Shown here: positions 38,011-46,961 of the stretch, one piece after another
How the letters are laid out: every line of letters starts with the position of its first letter
Numbering within the stretch: the first letter of the stretch is position 1
Origin: Verrucomicrobiota bacterium
GTDB lineage: Bacteria > Verrucomicrobiota > Lentisphaeria > JABSQK01 > JAJFLO01
DNA: 64,000 nucleotides
Assembly: GCA_021772635.1 (NCBI GenBank)
Contig: JAJFLP010000113.1
Location: 813 to 64,812 of the forward strand
Direction: 5' to 3'
The notes under the pieces: model-generated
What the model saw: only the letters and a program-made list of their open reading frames with translations
What the model was told of the DNA's origin: nothing
Database searches by the model: none
Position numbers and translations under genes: made by a program

Positions 38011-38120
38011 AGATAGACTGCAAGCTGTCGAATTTTCGATCCCGCATGCGGGATCACAGTAGGCAAAGATTTTATGAAACTTGTCGACAGCCTGACTGGA
38101 AGTTAGGATAGTAGCGACGG
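38010..38120. repeat. Modular repeat (agactgcaagctgtcgaattttcgatcccgcatgcgggatc...ggcaaagattttatgaaacttgtcgacagcctgactggaagttagg)
   Basis: Near-identical to 34812-34935 and 51177-51268. Confidence 0.8.
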
Positions 38121-38143
38121 GTAACGACGGAGCACCGACTTGA

Positions 38144-38737
38144 ATGCATCCTCGCGTAAACGAATTACATAATATCATGCCGATTGATAACATTCCTTCG
38201 GTATTACGATATGGAATATTGTCAAACAATCGAGCCTCGAAGTTACACCACCAGTCCATTGCAATGGATGAAATTCAAGACCGCCGGGATAAGATCAGAA
38301 TACCGGGCGGATCAAAATTGCATCACTACGCAAACTTATATTTCGACGCGCGCAATCCGATGATGTATAAACGGAAAGAAAACGCGAGTGATCTGTGTAT
38401 ATTGAGAGTATCAGCGGACGTGCTTAAAATTGACGGAACAGTGATTGCGGACAGGAATGCGTCCAGTGACTATGTCCGGTTCCTGTCGCCGGATGCGTTA
38501 GAGCAACTGGACTTTGACATGATTTTTGCCGCCGACTGGAGACACTCAGACGAGATTGCATATTATAAACACCGATCAATCAAATGTGCGGAGGTCCTGA
38601 TACCGGACTATATAGATGTTCATTATATAGTCGGTGCCTTTGCGGTAAACGACAAAATCGCGAGTACGTTGAGGAAGGCGGGGTTCATGTTACAAATTGA
38701 CGTAAATCCATATCTTTTTTCAGTGAGTGACGGATGA
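38144..38737 (+). CDS. darT: DarT ssDNA ADP-ribosyltransferase toxin (DUF4433)
   Basis: Collinear similarity to characterised DarT (IMPIDNIPSVLRYGIL, IAMDEIQDRR, HHYANLYFDARNPMMY, catalytic-Glu context KCAEVLIP). Its stop overlaps the darG start. Confidence 0.75.
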   Translation: MHPRVNELHNIMPIDNIPSVLRYGILSNNRASKLHHQSIAMDEIQDRRDKIRIPGGSKLHHYANLYFDARNPMMYKRKENASDLCILRVSADVLKIDGTVIADRNASSDYVRFLSPDALEQLDFDMIFAADWRHSDEIAYYKHRSIKCAEVLIPDYIDVHYIVGAFAVNDKIASTLRKAGFMLQIDVNPYLFSVSDG

Positions 38738-39846
38738 TTAAAGTTAAAATAGGCGATTTATTCGAAAGTCAGGCAACGACGCTTGTTAATACGGTGAACT
38801 GCGTCGGAGTGATGGGGAAAGGAATTGCCCAGGAATTCAAAAAACGATTCCCGGAAATGTTTAGTGATTACGCGCAACGATGCAATCTAAACCGTGTTGT
38901 TCCTGGTGTTCCCTATTTATACACAGACCTTCTTGGAACATCAATTATAAATTTTCCAACCAAGAAACATTGGCGATCACCGTCACGCATCAGCGACATA
39001 ATTCATGGGCTTGATGTTTTTCTGAATGAATATGAAAAATGGAATATCGACTCGGTCGCATTCCCACCACTGGGTTGTGGAAATGGCGGACTTGAGTGGA
39101 GCTTGGTAGGTCCAATTATATACCAAAAATTGTCCGCTGAGAATATCTCTGTTGATTTATTCGCCCCGTATGGAACCCCTAAAAAACAACTCTCAATTGA
39201 TTTTCTTGAACAACCGGTGGATCGAGACGATTCAGTTAAGGGGCATACTCAACGGAAATTCAATGTCGCATGGGTCGCCTTACTAAACGTCATAGATGAA
39301 CTCCAGAAGCAACCCTATGCCAATCCAGTAGGACGAACGATTTTTCAAAAAATCTGCTATGTAATGACTGAATTGGGGCTGGAAACCGGATTCGAATTTA
39401 GGCAAGGAAGCTATGGACCTTTTTCGCCAGAGGTTCAGGATACATTGAGTGTCTTTGCCAATATGAATCTCGTACAGGAACAACAGTTGGGACGAATGAC
39501 CGCACTTAAAATCGGACCCGAATACAAGACTATATTAACTCAATATGCTAATCAGCTATCCCAATATAATGACAAAGTAAGGAAGACCGTGGATTTATTC
39601 AGTCGCGTAAAAAGTACAAAGCAGGCGGAAGAGGTAACGACGGTTCTTTATGCTGCACGCACGTTAAAAACTGAAGAAAACAAAAATTCCGTTACTGAGC
39701 AGGATATTTTCGATTTTATTATCGACTGGAAGAAAACATGGACAGGTCAGGAGAAGCGAAACTCTATCGTAAAAGCGATTCGTAATCTTGAAGTGCTTGG
39801 ATGGTTACGACTGAAGTACAGCGAATCTCTACCACAGCCTGAATGA
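38734..39846 (+). CDS. darG: DarG antitoxin (N-terminal macrodomain + C-terminal DarT-binding region)
   Basis: Macrodomain motifs LVNTVNCVGVMGKGIAQEF and PPLGCGNGGL. Total 370 aa. Confidence 0.75.
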   Translation: MIKVKIGDLFESQATTLVNTVNCVGVMGKGIAQEFKKRFPEMFSDYAQRCNLNRVVPGVPYLYTDLLGTSIINFPTKKHWRSPSRISDIIHGLDVFLNEYEKWNIDSVAFPPLGCGNGGLEWSLVGPIIYQKLSAENISVDLFAPYGTPKKQLSIDFLEQPVDRDDSVKGHTQRKFNVAWVALLNVIDELQKQPYANPVGRTIFQKICYVMTELGLETGFEFRQGSYGPFSPEVQDTLSVFANMNLVQEQQLGRMTALKIGPEYKTILTQYANQLSQYNDKVRKTVDLFSRVKSTKQAEEVTTVLYAARTLKTEENKNSVTEQDIFDFIIDWKKTWTGQEKRNSIVKAIRNLEVLGWLRLKYSESLPQPE

Positions 39847-39973
39847 CTTCATCCATACTCCATTGTCTGCGAACGTCAATGCGCCCAAGGATAAACTTTT
39901 TTTTCGGTGGAACTGGGTTGTGGATTTAGACAGACGATCGAAGTCAGATCAGTTCGGGAAGGATAAGGAAGAG

Positions 39974-40050
39974 TGGTAGCGGGTCAGGGATTCGAACCCC
40001 GGACACGTGGATTATGATTCCACTGCTCTAACCAACTGAGCTAACCCGCC
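39974..40050 (-). tRNA. tRNA-Met (anticodon CAT; elongator-type or tRNA-Ile2)
   Basis: Hand-folded cloverleaf: acceptor GGCGGGT/ACCCGCT with G1-U72, D-arm GCTC/GAGC, anticodon stem GTGGA/TCCAC with loop ATCATAA, T-arm CGGGG TTCGAAT CCCTG, encoded 3' CCA. Confidence 0.8.
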
Positions 40051-40217
40051 GAACACGTGTAACGTGGCGTGTATTGCGTGGTGCGTTTGACGATCACGGA
40101 TAAGCGTTGCGATATAAATAACAAGAATTCGCCTGAACGATACGCGAGGGGATAATCCAAGTGTCGGCTGAAATATCATCGGGAAAGTTATATCCGCAAG
40201 TAAGCGCGGTCGTCCCG

Positions 40218-40481
40218 TTAACGTCTTAACTTTAGCCGCTTTATGATGTCCAGATACCGCGTGTGCGCAGTGCGATCGAGGTACTTAAGCAATTTCCGTC
40301 GGCGATTCACTAACGCTATAAGCCCACGTCTTGAGTGGTGATCTTTCGGATGCTCCTTAAGATGTTCCGTAAGTTCCTTGATCCTCGCAGTAAGTACCGC
40401 GATTTGGACATCCGAAGATCCGGTATCCTTATCATTGACACCGTGCTTCTTGATAATCTTCGTTTTTGCTGACTTCTCCAT
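40218..40481 (-). CDS. rpsO: 30S ribosomal protein S15
   Basis: ...[46 protein letters not shown]... Confidence 0.9.
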   Translation of the reverse strand: MEKSAKTKIIKKHGVNDKDTGSSDVQIAVLTARIKELTEHLKEHPKDHHSRRGLIALVNRRRKLLKYLDRTAHTRYLDIIKRLKLRR

Positions 40482-40631
40482 ATAACTCTTCTCAGGGGTT
40501 CTCTTTGACTTCTCTTATAGATTAAAATAGGAAACTTTCGAATATAAGTACAACGGCCCAGTTGTCAATAGCTTGCCGAAGAGAAAAGTCGCAGGCGATC
40601 CGTATCCGGACGTATTATCCGTAAGGACGCG

Positions 40632-41642
40632 CTATTCATTGCTGAATTCTATCAGCGCTTCGAGTTTACGCATGGCGTTTCCGGAAGCGATTGACTCGCG
40701 GGCTGCTTCGACGGCCTGCGAAAAGTCCGTGTCGGCACCGGCAATATATATCGCGGCGGCACCGTTGAGTACCGCGATCTCTTGTCTGGCGCCGCCCCGA
40801 TTCTTAAGTATCTCGCGCAGTAAATGCGCGTTTTCCCGGGCATCGCCGCCTTTGATCACCTCGGGTGATTGGTAGCTTCCTATGTACGGTAGCGGGTCGA
40901 ATTCATATGTTTCAACTTCTCCGTTGCGCAACTCGGAGATCTGGGTTTTGTCAGTCACTGTAATTTCGTCTAAATGATCAAGACCGTGAACAATCAAGGC
41001 GCGTTCACACCCCAGTTTATTTAGGACTTCAGCGAATCGCGACGTCAGATTTTGATCGAACACACCCAGGACATGGCGCTTCGCACCAGCCGGGTTAGTT
41101 AGCGGTCCGAGCATATTGAACATCGTTCGAATCCCCAATTCCCGTCGCGGCCCGACCGCAAATTTCATGGCGGGATGTAAAGACGGTGCGAATAAGAATC
41201 CAATACCGATTGCCCGAATGGATTCACTTACTTTCGCAGGGTCGATATTAATGTTTACGCCAAGTTCGGCTAATACATCCGCGCTTCCACATTTACTGGA
41301 AACCGATCGATTCCCGTGTTTCGCTATCGGGACTCCCGCGCCAGCTGCTATAAACGCAGCCACAGTTGAGATATTAAATGTATTCGCACCGTCACCGCCG
41401 GTGCCGCAGGTGTCGACGATCGGTATAGCACCCGCGTCAATTGACGTTGCGTGCTTCCGCATGATCCGTGCTGCCGCTGTTATTTCATCCGTACTTTCTC
41501 CCTTCATTCGAAGCGCGACCAATAATGCACCGACCTGTGCCTGCGTGAGTTCACCCGTCATCAGCTGATTCATGATCGATTCCATCTCAGCTTGATCTAG
41601 ATCATTGCGCTTGGTTAACTTTTCGAGAATTTCTGAGAACAT
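40632..41642 (-). CDS. trpD: Anthranilate phosphoribosyltransferase
   Basis: VDTCGTGGDGANTFNIST and KHGNRSVSSKCGSADVLE motifs. Confidence 0.9.
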   Translation of the reverse strand: MFSEILEKLTKRNDLDQAEMESIMNQLMTGELTQAQVGALLVALRMKGESTDEITAAARIMRKHATSIDAGAIPIVDTCGTGGDGANTFNISTVAAFIAAGAGVPIAKHGNRSVSSKCGSADVLAELGVNINIDPAKVSESIRAIGIGFLFAPSLHPAMKFAVGPRRELGIRTMFNMLGPLTNPAGAKRHVLGVFDQNLTSRFAEVLNKLGCERALIVHGLDHLDEITVTDKTQISELRNGEVETYEFDPLPYIGSYQSPEVIKGGDARENAHLLREILKNRGGARQEIAVLNGAAAIYIAGADTDFSQAVEAARESIASGNAMRKLEALIEFSNE

Positions 41643-41721
41643 GGGAATGGATTTTCGATTGACGATTTTCGATTGACGATTGAGGCTGCAAGAATTTTAG
41701 AAATCGCAATGTCGTTCTGTG

Positions 41722-42345
41722 TCAGTTGGCCGGTACTGCCGCACCGCGGGCTGAGGCGATAAAATTCTTAACTTTCGTATGGTTCTTGATCCCTTTACTT
41801 TCTTCAACGCCTGATGATACATCGACTCCATACGGTTTTACGGTTCGAATGACGTCGGCAACGTTACCAGAATTCAAACCACCTGCTAGAAACACCGGTC
41901 TCACCTCGGCTGCTTGCCGAGCTAAATCCAGATCCCCAAGCTTTCCAGTTCCACCGTAGGTGTCGCCGGGTGTGTCAATCATCATAGTGCAACCGGGGAA
42001 TTGACTAAGTTTTTCCAAGTCCACGGTCGTTTCAAGTGAAACGGCCTTTATCACGTTGTCGAACCTTAAGTCGGCGACCTGGTCAGGGGATTCAGCGCCG
42101 TGCAGCTGCAATACATGTAGCCGACAGAAGAGAGCGATCTCGAGCATATCCTCATTTGGTTCATTGACGAATACCCCGACATTCTTCGCCTCCGATGGCA
42201 ACTTCATAATGATTTCACGAACTTTCGCCGGCGTAACGTACCGCGGCGACCCGATATGGAATATATACCCCAATAAATCGGCCCCGTTCTCAACCGCGAA
42301 CACTGCATCACTTAAATTGGTAATACCGCAGATCTTTACTTTCAT
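41722..42345 (-). CDS. trpF: Phosphoribosylanthranilate isomerase
   Basis: MKVKICGIT... TIM-barrel PRAI signature. Confidence 0.8.
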   Translation of the reverse strand: MKVKICGITNLSDAVFAVENGADLLGYIFHIGSPRYVTPAKVREIIMKLPSEAKNVGVFVNEPNEDMLEIALFCRLHVLQLHGAESPDQVADLRFDNVIKAVSLETTVDLEKLSQFPGCTMMIDTPGDTYGGTGKLGDLDLARQAAEVRPVFLAGGLNSGNVADVIRTVKPYGVDVSSGVEESKGIKNHTKVKNFIASARGAAVPAN

Positions 42346-42358
42346 GGCGACAGTGATA

Positions 42359-42400
42359 GTTGCTGAGTTGCTGGGTTGCTGGGTTGCTGGGTTGCTGAAT
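42359..42400. repeat. Tandem 9-mer repeat (gttgctggg x4, first unit gttgctgag)
   Basis: Seen directly in the trpG-trpF spacer. A separate 2x14-nt tandem (attttcgattgacg) lies at 41652-41680 in the trpF-trpD spacer. Confidence 0.8.
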
Positions 42401-42619
42401 AATAATCTACTTTACGTTTATCTAATCCGAGCCTGATCTATGCATCAATTTCGTTACGAGAGCTTTTAGCTGGCCTGAGATCCGTGAGTTACGAAGGTTG
42501 TACGGCTGAAGAAATATTGAAATATTTTAAGGTCGTACGTTCTTTGTAACTCATTTATATTAGGCCTGATACATGCTCGCAGTAGAAACTTTATGCATAG
42601 ATGAGGCTAGCCTGAAAAA

Positions 42620-43186
42620 TCAGATCATTTCGATAAAATTCTCCATAATTTTCCCGCCGTCCGGGGTCAATACCGATTCCGGGTGGAACTGTACGCCAAC
42701 TGTCGGGTGATCTACATGCCGAACCCCCATGATCTCTCCGTCATCGGCGTGGGCGATCACTTTCAGACATTCGGGAAATCGATCGCGATCCCCGACTAAC
42801 GAATGGTAGCGACCCGCTTCGAACGGGTTCGAGATGTTCTTGAATATCGGATCTCCATCATGTGTAATCTGCGATGTCTTACCATGCATGATTCGCTTCG
42901 CGTGGATAATAAAGCCTCCGAACACCTGGATAATAGACTGATGCCCGAGACACACGCCGAGTACGGGGATTTTACCGGAGAAGGCTCGAATCGTGTCGAT
43001 GCTTATACCGGCTTGATCAGGGGTACAAGGTCCGGGCGAAATAATCAACGCGGACGGCTTTTTATTCTCGATTTCGTCCACGGTTATCGTATCATTTCTG
43101 AACACATCGATTTCAACGCCCAACTTACCCATCTCTTGAACGAGATTGTAGGTAAACGAATCGTAATTGTCTATCATTATTATCAT
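42620..43186 (-). CDS. trpG: Anthranilate synthase component II (glutamine amidotransferase)
   Basis: GATase-1 motifs PVLGVCLGHQ and HPES. Confidence 0.85.
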   Translation of the reverse strand: MIIMIDNYDSFTYNLVQEMGKLGVEIDVFRNDTITVDEIENKKPSALIISPGPCTPDQAGISIDTIRAFSGKIPVLGVCLGHQSIIQVFGGFIIHAKRIMHGKTSQITHDGDPIFKNISNPFEAGRYHSLVGDRDRFPECLKVIAHADDGEIMGVRHVDHPTVGVQFHPESVLTPDGGKIMENFIEMI

Positions 43187-43320
43187 GTTGCTGTCGTCTC
43201 TTTCGATATAAACGCTGAGTCTCGCGGCTCCGTTCGAATTTCCGGATAAAACAAGGGGTACAACGATAACTTTTCGCGTGACGATATTTTGATAACACCA
43301 GTGCGATCAGCGTAAGGGCG

Positions 43321-44826
43321 TCAGCGGAGTTTTGACTCGTTCTCCGCGAGTTCAAGCGCGCGCCGCATACCGTTACTTTTGTGTATCGTCTCCTGATACT
43401 CGTTTTCAGGCTGGCTATCATAAACGATTCCGGCACCCGCTGTCACTGTTGCCTTATTTCCGTTTAAGATAACTGTTCTGATCGTTATCGCCATATCCAT
43501 GACCTCTCCGCCATAGGCGATGTACCCGAGAGCCCCGCCGTAGGGCCCGCGCGGAATCGGTTCAAGCTCGTTGATAATCTCCATCGCCCTGACTTTGGGC
43601 GCACCCGACAGAGTCCCTGCCGGGAATGACGCTTTAAGTACGTCAATTGCGTCTAACCCTGAATTTATCCGACCTTCAACTTGCGATACCAAATGCATGA
43701 CGTGCGAATATTTCTCGACAGTCATATATTCGACCACATCCACAGAGCCGATCTCCGCAACCCGACCGAGATCGTTTCTCGCCAAGTCAACGAGCATCAC
43801 ATGTTCCGCCCTCTCCTTGGCGTCGGCGAGAAGGTCGGCGGCGAGCTCTCGGTCTTGTTGCGCGTCAATGCCGCGTGGTCGGGTGCCGGCAATCGGCCGG
43901 ATTTCAGCACGATCGTGTGTCACCCGCACCATTACCTCGGGCGATGAACCCGCGATTGCGCGAGTAGAGTCCAGTTTTAGAAAGTACAAATACGGTGACG
44001 GATTAACATACCGCAGAGCACGGTAAACGTCGAAAGCGGCGGCGCTAATCTTCGCAGTAAAATGCTGCGCGAGAACTACTTGAATTATATCTCCATCACA
44101 AATATAGCGTTTCGCCTTGCGGACCATCTCTCGATATTCTGCAGGTGTCATATTGGAAGACAAGTCCACGCGGCTTTCGCCATCCGGTTCAGCGAATGAT
44201 TCTTGCGTTCGATCGACGTCACCTGTCTCACTCCCGGTGGTTACGAGTCTCTCCAATTCTTCGAGTGATGATTTCCCATTTCGGTAAGCATCTGCTGGGC
44301 TCGGATAGTCGCCGATATGTGAACAGTAGATTAGCTTCACGGTTTTCTTTAAGTTATCGAACACCGCGAGTTGATCGGCAACCATAAAATGGGCATCCGG
44401 GAAAACGCCATCTCCGGGCATCACCTCACCGCACCGCTCGAAAAAGCGGACGGCCTCGAACGAGAGATAGCCAACCAGCCCACCGTAAAATCGCGGTAAC
44501 CCCGGGACTGATGCGACTTTTGAACTGCGCAGATATTGTTGTAACACGTCGATCGGGTTGCCGCTTAGTTCCTGACGTTCCTGGTTCGCGACGAGGTAAG
44601 CCTTCCCGCCTTCGATTATGAACTCCTTCGCGATATTCAGTCCAAGAATCGAAAATCTTCCCCAGCTCTCACCGCCTTCGACGCTTTCTAACAGAAAAAA
44701 TCGTTCTTGCTCGCTGAATCTCGCCGCGAGGGAGATCGAAGTTTCACGGTCTGCGGGAATCTCTTTCGTTAACGGGATTACATTGCAATCCGTCGCTAAT
44801 TCGGTGAATTGTTGTAGGGAAATCAT
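43321..44826 (-). CDS. trpE: Anthranilate synthase component I
   Basis: Chorismate-binding enzyme motifs across 501 aa. Confidence 0.9.
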   Translation of the reverse strand: MISLQQFTELATDCNVIPLTKEIPADRETSISLAARFSEQERFFLLESVEGGESWGRFSILGLNIAKEFIIEGGKAYLVANQERQELSGNPIDVLQQYLRSSKVASVPGLPRFYGGLVGYLSFEAVRFFERCGEVMPGDGVFPDAHFMVADQLAVFDNLKKTVKLIYCSHIGDYPSPADAYRNGKSSLEELERLVTTGSETGDVDRTQESFAEPDGESRVDLSSNMTPAEYREMVRKAKRYICDGDIIQVVLAQHFTAKISAAAFDVYRALRYVNPSPYLYFLKLDSTRAIAGSSPEVMVRVTHDRAEIRPIAGTRPRGIDAQQDRELAADLLADAKERAEHVMLVDLARNDLGRVAEIGSVDVVEYMTVEKYSHVMHLVSQVEGRINSGLDAIDVLKASFPAGTLSGAPKVRAMEIINELEPIPRGPYGGALGYIAYGGEVMDMAITIRTVILNGNKATVTAGAGIVYDSQPENEYQETIHKSNGMRRALELAENESKLR

Positions 44827-44865
44827 AGTTGGTTCGATTTAGTAAGTTGGGCGACTGACAGGTTA

Positions 44866-46578
44866 TCAGCGGGGCAATTCGATTTTGAATTCAGTCGCCA
44901 AAGATCTCATTTTCTTCCGGAGCTCCGGTCTTCGGTGCTCAATAATTTGTCCCATTAAATGATATACTTTCTGCGATGCCCAGCGATGCGCCAATTCCGG
45001 TCCGCCAGCCGCGGCAGATTCTAGGTCAAGCCGTGTTATTAACTCCTCGGTTTTATGCTTTTTGCTTCGGCCGACCACACGCAGAGCTATCTCGCGGGTT
45101 CCCGCATTGGCTTTCCCATACACGTATAAAGGGCGGTTTCTAAAGAGATGCGGCAGGTTCTTGGGAAATATTTCCGGGGCACCAGTACCGCTGATATTGC
45201 ACGATAAGTCCACTACGAGAACCTCGCGTAACCCCTGTATCAATTGTAACAGTTCCTGATGTGACTTCTCAATTTTCTTCGCGTGAACGCTAAATCCGCG
45301 ATTCGTGTAAGATAGAAAATCCATTAGAAACCTATTCGATTCTTCCCCGGCGCTAAATCCGAATATCGAGCCGTTCGATAGATTGTCTTTCATCACCTTG
45401 CGTATGAGTTCGTTGTCCTCGAGCTTAACACCTGTAGTGGTATTTCCATCACTTATGAGAAAGATCAAATATGGCCGTAAGCGGTTCTTTCTAGTGGCTT
45501 TAACGAATGGCGCCAAGCTTGAATACAAATCCGTTTTTCCTGAAGACTTGAGATCGTTTACGAATTCGTCGGCCAACTGCAAATTGAATTCTGATCGCGG
45601 AGTCAAACTCGGAAATAAAGGGCTGGCGCGATCTCGAAAAGCAACGACATTGTAGTTGTCACCGGCGGCTAAATATTTCATTGCCAGTCTCAGGCCCTTC
45701 CGAAATTCGCGTAGCTTCTCGAAGGCTATACTATTGGATGAATCGACAAGAAACAATACGTCCTTCGGAATCGGCTCGATCGACGCGGCAGATTCGTTCG
45801 GCAATATCTCTACTTGAAAATATATCGTCCCGCGATCTTCATCGCGATAGACACGGATTGAGGTATCCAAGGCAGAATCCAACGACTTGATTTTTCGTGG
45901 CACCTCCGCGGTTTTGACAACCTCCGGGGAGACTTCAGGAAAAGTCGGAAGCCTGTTTTCAAACGCTGGAGACGCGCCGCTGGGTTTGGGTAATATATCG
46001 CGTTGGCTTCTGCGCCGAGGCGCAGTGTTTGTCTTCGAATCGATTCGTCGGTATGCTCCTGTCACATCCCCATTGATAATCGACGTCGGTGGCAATTCTG
46101 TTCTCCCAGGAATACGTTTTATCTTCGGAATCCTTCGCCGTTGGGCTTCGAGGCGTTCTTTCGATAAAGTATCTCCGTCTATTTTCAGGATGTCGGCGGG
46201 GTGCGATGACGGACGTTGCAGCGGTACGGTGTCACGCGAAAGCTGTTCAGCCGTTTTCCGAGTCAGCTTTGCGGAACCAGGATCAAACATTGGAGCGGGA
46301 GTCCGGGATACTGATTCTCTCGTTAGAAAACGGTCGAGGATCTCCTCGGTCTCCACCATGATCTCTCGGTTTAACTGCCGCGAATTATCGGCGTTTTCGT
46401 GTGTTAAATCAGCAAGGTCGATTGACTTAACCTGAATATTCCGCTGATCAGCCGCGGGGCTTCCGTAAAACGATCTAAATCTAATCCGCGCGGCTGCCTG
46501 CCACAGGAGCATATGAATCATAATAGTGATGAGTAGCGATGCCCCAACGTAAACCCATTTTCGATCGCGATCATTCAT
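44866..46578 (-). CDS. Membrane-anchored von Willebrand factor A (VWA) domain protein
   Basis: N-terminal TM helix. VWA region VLFLVDSSNSIAFEKLREF...LIFLISDGNTT with MIDAS-like DxSxS. Confidence 0.65.
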   Translation of the reverse strand: MNDRDRKWVYVGASLLITIMIHMLLWQAAARIRFRSFYGSPAADQRNIQVKSIDLADLTHENADNSRQLNREIMVETEEILDRFLTRESVSRTPAPMFDPGSAKLTRKTAEQLSRDTVPLQRPSSHPADILKIDGDTLSKERLEAQRRRIPKIKRIPGRTELPPTSIINGDVTGAYRRIDSKTNTAPRRRSQRDILPKPSGASPAFENRLPTFPEVSPEVVKTAEVPRKIKSLDSALDTSIRVYRDEDRGTIYFQVEILPNESAASIEPIPKDVLFLVDSSNSIAFEKLREFRKGLRLAMKYLAAGDNYNVVAFRDRASPLFPSLTPRSEFNLQLADEFVNDLKSSGKTDLYSSLAPFVKATRKNRLRPYLIFLISDGNTTTGVKLEDNELIRKVMKDNLSNGSIFGFSAGEESNRFLMDFLSYTNRGFSVHAKKIEKSHQELLQLIQGLREVLVVDLSCNISGTGAPEIFPKNLPHLFRNRPLYVYGKANAGTREIALRVVGRSKKHKTEELITRLDLESAAAGGPELAHRWASQKVYHLMGQIIEHRRPELRKKMRSLATEFKIELPR

Positions 46579-46695
46579 TCTAATACCTTCTTACTCAAGT
46601 GACACGGTTTGCAGTAGTCTCGGGCGGGCACGCAGACAGTGTCGTTTTTGGCCGACTTAGCAGTATTTTTAGTCGCGCACGAGAATCCAAAACAA

Positions 46696-46954
46696 TATAT
46701 ACCGAACGCCTTGGAGTTTTCGAAATTCCAAACTTCAAGCGGTATGGTAATTGTACACGCTCGAACCTTTCGCGGGCGAGCTGGAGCAGATACAGTACGT
46801 AACACAAAACCCGCAAGCCTGACAAGTATACAACAAGCAGTACAATTTTCGGTCCGGATTAACCGAGACTCTCGCTTATACGGAGATGACTTCAAACCAA
46901 GTACGCAAGAAATATCGAACGATTTTTCGAAAACTCTAAGGCGTTCGGTATACC
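46696..46954. mobile_element. Canonical MITE-like element with 28-bp terminal inverted repeats (tataccgaacgccttggagttttcgaaa ... tttcgaaaactctaaggcgttcggtata)
   Basis: TIRs match at 27 of 28 positions. The approx. 200-bp internal region contains the palindrome module tatacaacaagcagtacaatttt. No coding capacity. Confidence 0.7.
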
Positions 46955-46961
46955 ATACAAC

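Noticed and set aside
39974-40050. Initiator tRNA-fMet assignment
   Set aside because: Position 1-72 is a G-U pair, not the C1xA72 mismatch. The anticodon stem lacks the three consecutive G-C pairs. It is therefore called elongator Met or Ile2-type CAT.
37588-40340. Calling the DarTG segment an active prophage or ICE
   Set aside because: No integrase, recombinase, transposase or phage structural genes are present. Only the att-like duplication and gene fragments remain, so it is reported as a decayed islet.
42359-42400. Possible CRISPR array
   Set aside because: Only four contiguous 9-nt units with no spacers. No repeat-spacer architecture and no cas genes anywhere in the window.
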